In this document: positions 8,257 to 17,670 of the stretch, piece by piece
Layout: each line of letters starts with the position of its first letter
How positions within the stretch are numbered: position 1 is the first letter of the stretch
Assembly (NCBI GenBank): GCA_046757025.1
Contig: JBHHXN010000034.1
Location: 1-37,380, forward strand
Source: a bacterium
GTDB taxonomy: Bacteria; Zhuqueibacterota; Zhuqueibacteria; Oceanimicrobiales; Oceanimicrobiaceae
Length of the DNA: 37,380 bases
Reading direction: 5' to 3'
Notes under the pieces: generated by a model
Databases searched by the model: none
The model's input: only the letters and a program-made list of their open reading frames with translations
What the model was told of the DNA's origin: nothing
Made by a program: the position numbers and the translations under genes

Positions 8257-10956
8257 ATGCCTCACCAATATCAAGAATTATTCAAAAACATTCAGAAGCC
8301 GGTGCGTTACCTCGGCAATGAGTGGAACGCCATTCGCAAATCCCGACAAGAGGCGCCTAAACGGGTGGCTCTATGTTTTCCGGATACCTACGAAATCGGC
8401 ATGTCGCACCTGGGCCTGCGAATTTTGTATGATCTCCTGAACAAAAGAGAAGATACCGCGGCAGAGCGCGTGTTTGCGCCCTGGATTGACCTGGCAGAAC
8501 AGCTCAAGGAAAAGAAACTGCCGCTGGTTTCCTTGGAAACCCAGATGCCGCTGTACACATTCGATGTGGTGGGATTTTCGTTGCAGTACGAATTGGAATA
8601 CACCAATATACTGATGATTCTGGATTTGGGTGGCATTCCTTTCTATTCCAAAGAACGTGAATTAAATCATCCTCTGATTATCGGCGGGGGACCTTGCGCT
8701 TTCAGCCCGGAACCCATTGCGGATTTTTTTGACTGCTTCTTGATCGGAGATGGGGAAGAGGCCTTCCCGAAAGTGATCGACCGCTTCGTGGAATTGAAAC
8801 AATCCGGTATGACGCGAAAAGACCTCTTGCGCAAACTGGCCCAGATCGAGGGGCTGTACGTTCCTTCCCTATATGAAACCAAAATCGATCCTGAAACCGG
8901 CTTCGAAATCGTAACGGGCAGTTCAAAAGCGCCTTTTCCAGTCAAACGAACCTATATTTCAGACTTGGGTGATTATCCATTCCCGGAGAACATTTTGGTG
9001 CCGCATGCGGACATCGTGCACGATCGGGTTTCCATCGAAATTGCCCGCGGCTGTACCGAGGGCTGCCGTTTTTGCCAAGCGGGCACCATTTACCGGCCCG
9101 TGCGCGAGCGCAAGCCCGAAGACATCATCGATACGGTGCTGAGAAGCCTCGAAAAGACCGGCTTTGACCAGGCTTCTTTGACCTCGCTTTCCACGGCCGA
9201 CTTTAGCTGCATCGGTCCGCTGGCCAACAAGCTCAGCGAAGAACTGGAGAAACGCCGCACCGCCATGTCGGTTTCGTCCATGCGAGTGTACGGCATGACC
9301 GATAGTCTGGGAGAGAGCCTGTCCAAAGTAAGGCGTGCGGGCTACACCATCGCGCCGGAGGCCGGCAGTCAAAGGCTGCGTGATGTCATCAACAAAGGCA
9401 TAACCGAAGAGGTGATTTTGAAGGGCGCTCAGACCGCTTTTAAAAACGGCTGGAGTCACGTCAAACTGTATTTCATGATCGGCCTGCCCACGGAAACCGA
9501 AGCCGATTTAAATGCCATCGTGGAACTCGGCTTGAAAATATTGCGTTTGGCGGAAGACGAGCACGGCAGGCACGCTCAGGTGACCATCAGCGTGTCTTCG
9601 CACATTCCGAAACCGCACGCTCCGTTTCAGTGGTTGGGATTTGAAGATCGGGAGTCGCTACGTCAAAAGCAAAAATATCTTTTCAGCCTGATCAAACCGC
9701 ACAAACGCCTGCGATTCAAATGGCACGATGTGGATCATTCGTGGTTGGAAGCGATCTTCGCCCGGGGTGACCGCCGTCTGAGCAAAGCACTGGTGCGTGC
9801 CTACGCGCGGGGCTGTCGGTTCGACGCCTGGAATGATCAATTGAAATTGTCTGTGTGGAAGCAAGTTTTCCAGGATCTGAATCTCAGCACCGAAATGTGG
9901 ATGAAAGACATTCCGCTGTACGCAGTGTTACCCTGGGATCATCTGGACACACGAGTGAAAAAAGAATGGCTGGTGCAAGAACTCAAGCGGGCTTTTAAGG
10001 GCCGGTTTTCACCCGCTTGCGAAAAGCCATACAAAAAAAACAGTGATCTCGATCGCACGGACCTGGGTAAACCCGTTGAAAACGACAAACTGGTGTGCTA
10101 CCACTGCGGATTAGAGTGCGATCTGGATGCCATCCGAAAAGAAAGAATCGCAAGCTGGGAGAGTTTGGAAAAACCGCAAGCGCCGGCTTCCAAATGGCTT
10201 GAACCGCCGCCGCCTGTTGCGGATGAAAAAGTCACGCGCTATCGCGTTTCTTATTGCAAGTTAGATGAATTTCGTTTTCTTTCGGCACTGGATTTGACTC
10301 GAACCTTTACGCGCGCGTTTATTCGCGCTAGGGTGCCGCTGAGATACAGCGGGGGGTATCATCCGGCGCCGGTTATTTCGTTCGGACCCGCTTTGAATGT
10401 CGGTCTCGCCAGCGCAGAGGAATTCATGGATTTTGAGACGATTAAAGAAATCTCCATCGATGATTTAATCCGAAATATGAATGCGCAGCTTCCTGACGGT
10501 TTGAAATTTACCGCTATCAAAAAAGTAGTGAAAAAAGCACGCTCCTTATTTCAGATAATCGATACTGCGGAATATTCCATCTCGCTGCAAAACAAAGTGT
10601 TGGAAGCGGAGTTGCACAAAAACTACGCTGACCTCTATAACGAAGATCTCGTGCCGCTGCATATGAAATTGATTTCGGAGTTTTTGAAACGGGAGAAAGT
10701 GGAAGTAGTGCAGTTTCGAAAGGGTGAAAGACGGGTAAAAAACGTGCGTTCGCTCATCAAAATGATCGAAGTTCAAAATGGCGATGAACCGGCGTATCTG
10801 CGTATGTATTTGAGCACCGGCGGTCAGGGAAGCGTGCGGCCGGAAACGATCATCGAGCAAATTTATCAACTGCCCGCCAGCTTATTCGATCTACGCCGGG
10901 AGAAACTGCTGGTGGAGCAAAAAGGCCGTTTTTGCTCGCCATTCGAAATTATTTAG
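8257..10956 (+). CDS. B12-binding radical SAM protein (TIGR03960-type) fused to a radical-SAM-linked C-terminal domain (TIGR03936/DUF2344-type)
   Basis: KPVRYLGNE, FPDTYEIGMSHLG, CTEGCRFC (CxxxCxxC), APEAGSQRLR, KLYFMIGLPTE. C-terminal RFLSALDL...YSGGYHPAPVISFGPAL. Confidence 0.9.
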   Translation: MPHQYQELFKNIQKPVRYLGNEWNAIRKSRQEAPKRVALCFPDTYEIGMSHLGLRILYDLLNKREDTAAERVFAPWIDLAEQLKEKKLPLVSLETQMPLYTFDVVGFSLQYELEYTNILMILDLGGIPFYSKERELNHPLIIGGGPCAFSPEPIADFFDCFLIGDGEEAFPKVIDRFVELKQSGMTRKDLLRKLAQIEGLYVPSLYETKIDPETGFEIVTGSSKAPFPVKRTYISDLGDYPFPENILVPHADIVHDRVSIEIARGCTEGCRFCQAGTIYRPVRERKPEDIIDTVLRSLEKTGFDQASLTSLSTADFSCIGPLANKLSEELEKRRTAMSVSSMRVYGMTDSLGESLSKVRRAGYTIAPEAGSQRLRDVINKGITEEVILKGAQTAFKNGWSHVKLYFMIGLPTETEADLNAIVELGLKILRLAEDEHGRHAQVTISVSSHIPKPHAPFQWLGFEDRESLRQKQKYLFSLIKPHKRLRFKWHDVDHSWLEAIFARGDRRLSKALVRAYARGCRFDAWNDQLKLSVWKQVFQDLNLSTEMWMKDIPLYAVLPWDHLDTRVKKEWLVQELKRAFKGRFSPACEKPYKKNSDLDRTDLGKPVENDKLVCYHCGLECDLDAIRKERIASWESLEKPQAPASKWLEPPPPVADEKVTRYRVSYCKLDEFRFLSALDLTRTFTRAFIRARVPLRYSGGYHPAPVISFGPALNVGLASAEEFMDFETIKEISIDDLIRNMNAQLPDGLKFTAIKKVVKKARSLFQIIDTAEYSISLQNKVLEAELHKNYADLYNEDLVPLHMKLISEFLKREKVEVVQFRKGERRVKNVRSLIKMIEVQNGDEPAYLRMYLSTGGQGSVRPETIIEQIYQLPASLFDLRREKLLVEQKGRFCSPFEII

Positions 10957-11050
10957 TGTCCATCCGTAATCGTCATTCCCGACGGACCAATGGATTCCCG
11001 CTTAAAGATTGCGGGAATGACCAAAAAGGGCTCTTTATGGATGGACACTA
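10954..11050. repeat. MITE-like element enclosing a GTCATTCC-family REP pair
   Basis: TIRs TAGTGTCCATCCGTAA (10954-10969) and TTATGGATGGACACTA (11035-11050), 15/16 match. Inner IR GTCATTCCCG (10972-10981) / CGGGAATGAC (11012-11021). Confidence 0.85.
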
Positions 11051-11089
11051 TTTAGTCTGAACAAAACTTGAGAAATGCGCGATTTCAAA

Positions 11090-11196
11090 ACCTCTTGGCG
11101 AAGGCGTTCCTTCGACAAAGCTCAGGACAGGCCCTTCGGCCAGGTTCAGGACAGAACCCGCCGAGCCAAGCAGGAATTCATCCTCGGCCAGGAGGT
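11090..11196. repeat. Imperfect IR enclosing two tandem CCTTCGACAAAGCTCAGGACAG-type REP units
   Basis: Direct units start at 11109 and 11133 (18/22 identical). Flanking IR 11090-11104 / 11182-11196 (12/15). Confidence 0.65.
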
Positions 11197-11236
11197 CTTC
11201 GGGAAGATAGGGTCGTTTTCGGTCGGAATATTTAGA

Positions 11237-11680
11237 ATGGCAAGAAAAGCGAGTGCAAAGTTATTCATTTATGGTAGCCTGCGAGTGGATTCGAACAATC
11301 CCTTTAAACGGTATTTGAGAAACCATTCGACATTTGCTGCAACAGGATCTTTTACTGGAAAACTTTATGATCTTGGTGAATTTCCAGCAGCAATACCTTC
11401 GGCGAATCCACAAGACCAGGTGAGTGGGGAGGTGCGTTTGTTGAAAGATCCACAGGCCATCCTGCAAAAATTGGATCGCTACGAAGGATGTGACTTGCCG
11501 CAGCCGTTATTTATAAGGCGGTTGGCAGAAATCGCAGTTGAGAATCAGAATGTATTGACTGCCTGGATTTATTTGTACAATCGCTCAATCAAAGGATGCC
11601 CACAGATAGTCAGCGGAGATTATTTGCAACATTTGGAGGAATCACAGCTATGTTCTACAACAAGCGATCTGCAGTCCTAA
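11237..11680 (+). CDS. Gamma-glutamylcyclotransferase (AIG2-like) family protein
   Basis: LFIYGSLR, GKLYDLGEFPA, VSGEV, LDRYEG, AWIYLYN, IVSGDY. Start moved to ATG 11237 because the upstream part of the ORF translates REP repeats. Confidence 0.85.
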   Translation: MARKASAKLFIYGSLRVDSNNPFKRYLRNHSTFAATGSFTGKLYDLGEFPAAIPSANPQDQVSGEVRLLKDPQAILQKLDRYEGCDLPQPLFIRRLAEIAVENQNVLTAWIYLYNRSIKGCPQIVSGDYLQHLEESQLCSTTSDLQS

Positions 11681-12450
11681 CCACGGCCGTTTTGATCATG
11701 GCGTTTTATTGTTTTTCCAGTCAATTTGTACTGGCACAAGCGAATGCGTCCATGCAAGTGACGCCGCAACGACCCAGTTTTAGTACGAACACCGGCACTA
11801 CCCAGACCGGCTGGCTGGAGCTTGAAGCCGGCGTGACAGTTGATGAACACCTGTTGGATTCGCCGCTGCTTTTTAAATTGGGGGCAGCCAGAAATCTTGA
11901 GATTTTTATGGGGTTGTCTCCACTTGTCCATATTTCAAATGGCCAGTCAAATACCGGATTTGGTGATTTGATTGCCGGTGGTCGGCTGCGCTTTGTACAG
12001 GGTTCGGAAAATTCGCCGTCCTTTGCCGGGCAATTTGCCATCAAGCTGCCCACAGCCGACGAGAATAAGTCGCTGGGATCAGGAGAATGGGATTACCATG
12101 TCATGTTGATCGTATCACAACCGTTGGGAAAATTCAATCTGGATTTGAACGGACTGATGACCTTCGCCGGCATGTCGGGTGGTGGCCGCGACGAGCAACT
12201 GACCGGCATTGCGAATTTTAGCAGAGCTCTATCCGGAAACCTGAGCGGATACGCTGAGCTGTTCATTAATCACACTTTTGAATTCGATGAATCCACCGTC
12301 ATGGCCGGCGTGGGCGCCAGTTTGAGTCTGTCGCCGCGACTCACTCTGGATGCGGCTTTAAATTTGAATGTAACAAACGCCGAAACCGATGTGCAATTAT
12401 TGACGGGTTTGACCGTGGGGGCAGCGCAATTATGGAAGCAAAGAAATTAA
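11650..12450 (+). CDS. Putative outer-membrane beta-barrel (Phenol_MetA_deg / 'transporter'-like)
   Basis: GGAGGA before ATG 11650, signal-peptide-like N-terminus, RPSFSTNTGT...GWLELEAG, GFGDL, KLPTAD...LGSG, alternating beta-strand pattern. Confidence 0.7.
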   Translation: MFYNKRSAVLTTAVLIMAFYCFSSQFVLAQANASMQVTPQRPSFSTNTGTTQTGWLELEAGVTVDEHLLDSPLLFKLGAARNLEIFMGLSPLVHISNGQSNTGFGDLIAGGRLRFVQGSENSPSFAGQFAIKLPTADENKSLGSGEWDYHVMLIVSQPLGKFNLDLNGLMTFAGMSGGGRDEQLTGIANFSRALSGNLSGYAELFINHTFEFDESTVMAGVGASLSLSPRLTLDAALNLNVTNAETDVQLLTGLTVGAAQLWKQRN

Positions 12451-12452
12451 AT

Positions 12453-13775
12453 ATGGTAAAAAGTTCAAAATATAAAGCGTCGTTTTTTACATTGGGCTGC
12501 CGTTTGAATCAGGCGGAGACTTCCTTGATCAGCGACTCTTTCAAGGAAAAGGGTTACGAGATCGTGGATTTTGGTCAGCCTACCGATGTCTGTGTTATCA
12601 ACACCTGCACGGTTACCGAACAAGCGGATGCGAAATGCCGGCAGTTGGTGCGTCAGGTGTTGAAACGCTCGCCTGAAGCCTGCATTGCGGTGGTGGGTTG
12701 CTATTCGCAATTGGGCGCCGATGAGCTGCGTCAGCTCGAAGGAGTGGATTTAATCATCGGCACGGAAGAAAAAATGCAAGTGTCGGATTTTATCGATGTG
12801 CCGCAGAAGTTTCCCGAGCCGATCATCCGTAACGGCAAAATCCAAAAAACGTCGTTTACCATCAGCTCGGTGGGAAATTATGAGCATTCCACCCGCGCCA
12901 ATTTGAAAGTGCAGGACGGCTGCGATTTCATGTGCACGTTTTGTGTGATTCCGTTTGCCCGAGGACGCGCTCGCAGCCGGGCCTTCTGGGATATTCAGCG
13001 CGAGGCCATGCAGTTAGTTGAGCGTGGCCATAAAGAGCTGGTTTTGAGCGGCGTCAACATCGGCACGTATTCTTTTGAGGGAAAAAGTTTGCTGGATGTC
13101 ATCGAAATGCTGGAGTCCATTCCGGGTCTGGAGCGCATTCGCATCAGCTCCATCGAGCCCACCACCATCCCGGATGAATTGATCGATTTCATGGCGGCTT
13201 CTAATAAACTGTGCCATCATTTGCACATTCCTTTGCAAAGTGGCGACGATGCGGTGCTTCAAAACATGCGCCGGCTTTACACGGTGGCGGAGTACGCCAA
13301 ATTTTTGGAGAAAATCCGTATGCGGATTCCTGATATCTGTCTGGGAACGGACATTCTGGTGGGATTTCCCGGCGAGAACGAAACTGCTTTTCTAAACACG
13401 AAAAAGATTGCAGATGAGATGCCGTTTGCTTATTTTCATGTGTTCCCATTTTCGGAACGACACGGCACGTTTGCGGTAAAAATGCACGATAAAATATCGG
13501 AAGCCGTAAAAAAAGAACGCAGTAAAATTTTAAGAAAATTGTCCAGTCAGAAACGAAAGCGCTTCTGTCAGGAGCAAGTTGGGAAAAAAGTGCGGGTGCT
13601 TTTGGAAGAAAAAAACGCCCGGGGGTTCTTTCAGGGTTATTCGGACAATTATATGAAAGTGGCCTTGCCGTCTGAAAACGACCTTTCAAACCAGTTGCGC
13701 TATGTGCACGTAACAAAAATGCTTCCCGATGGCATGGCCTTTGGTGAGTTAGCAAGCAATCAATTTTATCCATAA
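12453..13775 (+). CDS. mtaB: tRNA t6A37 methylthiotransferase
   Basis: TLGCRLNQAET, NTCTVTEQADAKCRQ, KVQDGCDFMCTFC, HIPLQSG, FHVFPFSER. Start is 12453 or 12432. Confidence 0.92.
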   Translation: MVKSSKYKASFFTLGCRLNQAETSLISDSFKEKGYEIVDFGQPTDVCVINTCTVTEQADAKCRQLVRQVLKRSPEACIAVVGCYSQLGADELRQLEGVDLIIGTEEKMQVSDFIDVPQKFPEPIIRNGKIQKTSFTISSVGNYEHSTRANLKVQDGCDFMCTFCVIPFARGRARSRAFWDIQREAMQLVERGHKELVLSGVNIGTYSFEGKSLLDVIEMLESIPGLERIRISSIEPTTIPDELIDFMAASNKLCHHLHIPLQSGDDAVLQNMRRLYTVAEYAKFLEKIRMRIPDICLGTDILVGFPGENETAFLNTKKIADEMPFAYFHVFPFSERHGTFAVKMHDKISEAVKKERSKILRKLSSQKRKRFCQEQVGKKVRVLLEEKNARGFFQGYSDNYMKVALPSENDLSNQLRYVHVTKMLPDGMAFGELASNQFYP

Positions 13776-13782
13776 AGGAAAG

Positions 13783-15138
13783 ATGAAAAAAGTTTATATT
13801 GAAACTTATGGTTGTCAGATGAACGAATACGACACCGAGCTCATTCGTTCCATCCTCAAGTCGAACGATTACGAATTTACACAGTCCCCGGCTGAGGCGG
13901 ACGTGGTGTTTCTCAATACCTGCGCCATTCGCGAGAATGCCCATTCAAAAATTTACGGCCGATTGGGGGAAATCAAACGATTGAAAGCCGCCAATAAGAA
14001 CGTCGTTGTGGGTTTGCTGGGCTGCATGGCGCAAAACCTCCGCGGTAACTTGAAGACGCACGAAAGTCTGGTGGATATTTACGCCGGGCCGGACAGCTAT
14101 AAACGCCTTCCCAGCCTGATCGATTCTGTGCGCGCCAACGGCAAACAGGAATTCGATTTTGCTTTGTCTGAATTTGAAGATTACGGCGACGTCTATCCGA
14201 ATCGGGTGCCCGGCGTCAACGCCTGGCTGGCGGTCATGCGCGGCTGCGATAATTTTTGCACCTTCTGTGTCGTGCCTTACACAAGAGGACGCGAGCGCAG
14301 CCGCAGTCCGGAAAATATTGTGGCAGAAGTGAAAAGATTAGCCGAGGAGGGATTCAAGCAGGTTACTCTGCTCGGGCAAAATGTCAACTCCTACCGTTCG
14401 GAAAGCAAAGATTTCGCAGATTTGATGGAGATGGTTTCGCAGGTGAACGGGATTGAACGGATTCGTTTTACCTCGCCGCATCCCAAAGATTTCCCGGAGA
14501 AATTTTTGCAGGTCATGGCGGAGAATCCTAAAATTTGCAATCACATTCATTTGCCGCTGCAATCCGGCAACGATCGCATTCTGGAGCTCATGGCCAGAAA
14601 TTATACCCGTGAGCAATTCCTGGAATTGGTGGACAAAATTCGCTATTTTATTCCCGATGTCACGCTGACCACCGATGTCATCGTGGGTTTTTCATCAGAA
14701 ACCGACGCCGAGTTCGTGGATACGTTTCAGGTGATGCAGCAAGTTCAATTTGATTCCGCATTCATTTTCAAATATTCCGAGCGCAAAAACACCATCGCCA
14801 TTCGAAAATACACAGACGATGTGCCACCGCAAAAGAAGACAGAACGCATCGTGAAACTGAATGAGCTACAAAAAGCGATCTCTTTGCGAAAAAATCAAGC
14901 TGCGGTCGGCAAATCGGTCACCGTGCTGGTGGAAGCGCCGAGTAAAAAAGATCCCCAGAAGTGGATGGGGCGAACCGACGGCAACAAAATCGTCGTTTTT
15001 CCGGGAAACACTTTTGTTGCCGGCGAGTTGATTACCTTACGAATTCTCCGCGCGTCTGCCATTACTTTGTTTGGACAGGTTCAAAACCAAACCGAAACGA
15101 AAATCAACCAAACTCTAATTTACAGCGAGGCAAGTTAA
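13783..15138 (+). CDS. miaB: tRNA i6A37 methylthiotransferase
   Basis: ETYGCQMNEYD, NTCAIRENA, GCDNFCTFCVVPYTRGRERSR, LLGQNVNSY, TSPHPKD, C-terminal TRAM-like region. Confidence 0.96.
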   Translation: MKKVYIETYGCQMNEYDTELIRSILKSNDYEFTQSPAEADVVFLNTCAIRENAHSKIYGRLGEIKRLKAANKNVVVGLLGCMAQNLRGNLKTHESLVDIYAGPDSYKRLPSLIDSVRANGKQEFDFALSEFEDYGDVYPNRVPGVNAWLAVMRGCDNFCTFCVVPYTRGRERSRSPENIVAEVKRLAEEGFKQVTLLGQNVNSYRSESKDFADLMEMVSQVNGIERIRFTSPHPKDFPEKFLQVMAENPKICNHIHLPLQSGNDRILELMARNYTREQFLELVDKIRYFIPDVTLTTDVIVGFSSETDAEFVDTFQVMQQVQFDSAFIFKYSERKNTIAIRKYTDDVPPQKKTERIVKLNELQKAISLRKNQAAVGKSVTVLVEAPSKKDPQKWMGRTDGNKIVVFPGNTFVAGELITLRILRASAITLFGQVQNQTETKINQTLIYSEAS

Positions 15139-15141
15139 ATC

Positions 15142-16311
15142 GTGGCAAAATTTGAAGGAACCGATTTCTATCGGATCGATGCGCTTCTGACTGATGAAGA
15201 GCGCATGGTCAGAAACACGGTGCGGGAATTTGTGGAGGTGGAATTTATGCCGCTGGTGCGCGAGCAGTTTCGCAAGGCGGAATTTCCCTCGCAATTGATT
15301 CCCAAATTAGGTGAGCTGGGACTCATCGGCGCCAATTTACACGGCTATGAATGCGCCGGCTTGAACAACGTCGCTTACGGCCTTATCAATCAGGAGTTAG
15401 AAAGGGGAGACAGCGGTTTGCGCAGCTTCGTTTCTGTGCAGGGGAGTCTCGTCATGTATCCAATTCATGCATTTGGTTCAGAAGAGCAGAAACAAGCCTG
15501 GCTTCCAAAATTGGCAAAGGGTGAAGCGGTGGGGTGTTTCGGGTTGACAGAGCCGGACTTTGGTTCCAACCCGGGAGGCATGCGTACACGCGCTGAACAA
15601 ACCAGCGATGGCTGGCTTTTAAATGGCAACAAAATGTGGATCACCAACGGTACCCTGGCGGATGTGGCGGTGGTGTGGGCCAAAACCGAAGACGGCATCC
15701 GCGGTTTTTTGGTGGAGAAGGGCACGCCGGGGTTTAGCGCTAAAGGCATTCACGGCAAGCTCTCCCTGCGCGCTTCGGACACCGCCGAATTGATTTTAGA
15801 AAACTGCTTGATACCCGATGAAAATTTACTGCCGCAAACCGAAGGTTTAAAAAACGCACTGATGTGTCTCTCTCAGGCGCGGTTTGGCATTGCCTGGGGG
15901 GCTGTTGGAGCCGCCATGGCCTGTTATGAGGAAGCTCTGAATTACGCCAAAGGTCGTGTTCAGTTCGACAATAAGCCCATCGCAGCACATCAATTGGTGC
16001 AGGAAAAATTGGTTTATATGCTGACGGAGATAACCAAAGCACAATTGTTAAATTTGCAGCTGGGGCGATTAAAAGACAAAAAGCAGGCTACGGAGTACCA
16101 GATTTCGCTGGCCAAACGCAACAATGTGTACCATGCCCTGGAAATCGCACGCCACGCCCGTCAAATTTTGGGGGCAAATGGCATTTTAGATGACTACCAG
16201 GCCATGCGGCATTCATGTAATCTGGAAACGGTGATTACCTACGAAGGCACCCACGATATTCACACGCTCATCGTGGGTAAAGCCATAACTGGACAACAAG
16301 CATTTTATTGA
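15142..16311 (+). CDS. gcdH: Acyl-CoA dehydrogenase, glutaryl-CoA dehydrogenase-like
   Basis: ERGDSGLRSFVSVQGSLVMYPI, GCFGLTEPDFGSNPGGM, KMWITNG, NLETVITYEGTHDIH. GTG start. Confidence 0.85.
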   Translation: MAKFEGTDFYRIDALLTDEERMVRNTVREFVEVEFMPLVREQFRKAEFPSQLIPKLGELGLIGANLHGYECAGLNNVAYGLINQELERGDSGLRSFVSVQGSLVMYPIHAFGSEEQKQAWLPKLAKGEAVGCFGLTEPDFGSNPGGMRTRAEQTSDGWLLNGNKMWITNGTLADVAVVWAKTEDGIRGFLVEKGTPGFSAKGIHGKLSLRASDTAELILENCLIPDENLLPQTEGLKNALMCLSQARFGIAWGAVGAAMACYEEALNYAKGRVQFDNKPIAAHQLVQEKLVYMLTEITKAQLLNLQLGRLKDKKQATEYQISLAKRNNVYHALEIARHARQILGANGILDDYQAMRHSCNLETVITYEGTHDIHTLIVGKAITGQQAFY

Positions 16312-16322
16312 TCGGGTTAGTC

Positions 16323-16730
16323 ATGAATCTCTACGACAAAGACGACGGATTTAAGCAATTTACGCTGTTGGAAGCGAATCGTCTTCTTCCAAAAATAAAC
16401 GAAACCACCAAATACGCCGTGGAAGAACTGGAAAAAATCACCCAGGCTTTCGAAACCAGCAAGATTCTTGATGAAGATTCCGCTCAACATCAATTCGAAA
16501 TAGAAACCGCGGATATCTTGCAGCAGTGGACCGAGGACATGATCAGGTTAGGGGTGTATCCCAAAGGCTACTTCACAGTCGATTTTAAAACCTCCATACC
16601 GGATACGCTCTTTTGCTGGACATTTGGCGAGAAGGAAGTCACCCACACGCACAAAGTGTATGAAAACTTCAAACGTCGCGTTCCGATTCGCGACAAAAAA
16701 TTATCGGGCTTCGAGGACTCACTGAACTGA
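16323..16730 (+). CDS. DUF2203-like protein
   Basis: FTLLEANRLLP...VDF...LFCWTFGEKEVTHTH...F--R-PI pattern. Confidence 0.7.
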   Translation: MNLYDKDDGFKQFTLLEANRLLPKINETTKYAVEELEKITQAFETSKILDEDSAQHQFEIETADILQQWTEDMIRLGVYPKGYFTVDFKTSIPDTLFCWTFGEKEVTHTHKVYENFKRRVPIRDKKLSGFEDSLN

Positions 16731-16734
16731 TCCT

Positions 16735-17568
16735 ATGCTTAAAAGCGTATTTTATTCTCTATGCACACACTTTTCAATTGGATTGATTTTCAGTGTCCTG
16801 TTTATTTCGTTGAATGAGATCGGTAAACTCTATTTTAGAGTGACCACCATTCTGGCTCTCATTCTCATCACTTTGGCGCTGCTTGCACAGCCGTTTGAAA
16901 ACCAGACCGTGGTCGGTTTACTCCACTTCCAGGATTTTTTCGCGCATTCGGCACAAAAAGCCACGGTATTGTTTTTTACGCTAAGCATCGTTTTAATTGT
17001 AATTTATAATATAGTGCATCCGAAATGGCACAAAGTGTTTTTGTTGTCGATCCTGGCATGCGGGCTGGCTGGATTGGTAAATTATGCCGCGAGCTATTAC
17101 CAAATGTCCACCAGCCAGGCTGTCGAACCAGTTTTATTTATCACAAACGACGTCAGCTCGGCCTTGATTTTAGGCTCGGTTTTGGCTTCTATGATTACCG
17201 GGCACTGGTATCTGGTTCAGCATAATTTGAACATAAACGCTTTAAATCGCAGCTCGGTCATCTTTGTGTTTTCGGTCTTGTTTAGACTCGTTGTCATGGT
17301 TTTTTCTATGTTGTTTTATTGGAAATTTGGTAGCCAAACAAACGTTTTTGAATATATCGCTAACCTGAATTTAACCGGCTATCTGCTCATTGGCAGATTC
17401 GTCATCGGTTTATTCGTACCGCTGGTTTTCGCAATCATGGTTTGGAAAGCTGCAAAAATCCATTCCACCCAATCCGCCACCGGCATTTTGTATGCCACCA
17501 TCGTGTTGATATTAATTGGCGAGGCTTTTGCAAAATTTCTTTATTACGCTACCGGAATTCCTCTTTAG
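16735..17568 (+). CDS. Polytopic membrane protein of unknown function (about 8 TM)
   Basis: Repeated hydrophobic helices, with conserved-looking motifs MITGHWYL and STQSATGILY. Confidence 0.8.
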   Translation: MLKSVFYSLCTHFSIGLIFSVLFISLNEIGKLYFRVTTILALILITLALLAQPFENQTVVGLLHFQDFFAHSAQKATVLFFTLSIVLIVIYNIVHPKWHKVFLLSILACGLAGLVNYAASYYQMSTSQAVEPVLFITNDVSSALILGSVLASMITGHWYLVQHNLNINALNRSSVIFVFSVLFRLVVMVFSMLFYWKFGSQTNVFEYIANLNLTGYLLIGRFVIGLFVPLVFAIMVWKAAKIHSTQSATGILYATIVLILIGEAFAKFLYYATGIPL

Positions 17569-17595
17569 ATGCCCAATCAAGTTATTTTATTTGAC

Positions 17596-17624
17596 TTGAT
17601 TTTAATTCACTAAAAAACTATATT
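17596..17624 (+). promoter_or_regulatory. Putative sigma70 promoter for the hypothetical-rny unit
   Basis: TTGATT-17 nt-TATATT, 46 nt upstream of ATG 17671. Confidence 0.45.
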
Positions 17625-17670
17625 AAAGTCAGACAAAATATCATCTTTTATTAAATGACTCTTTTGTGCC

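Noticed and set aside
11109..11155. Tandem repeats as a mini CRISPR array
   Set aside because: Only two adjacent units, no spacers and no cas genes.
11075..11236. N-terminal 54 aa of the 201-aa ORF as real coding sequence
   Set aside because: It translates REP repeats. The family motif begins after ATG 11237.
13201..13944. 247-aa minus-strand ORF and the other short overlapping ORFs in the track
   Set aside because: They lie antisense or out of frame within well-supported genes and show no recognisable motifs.
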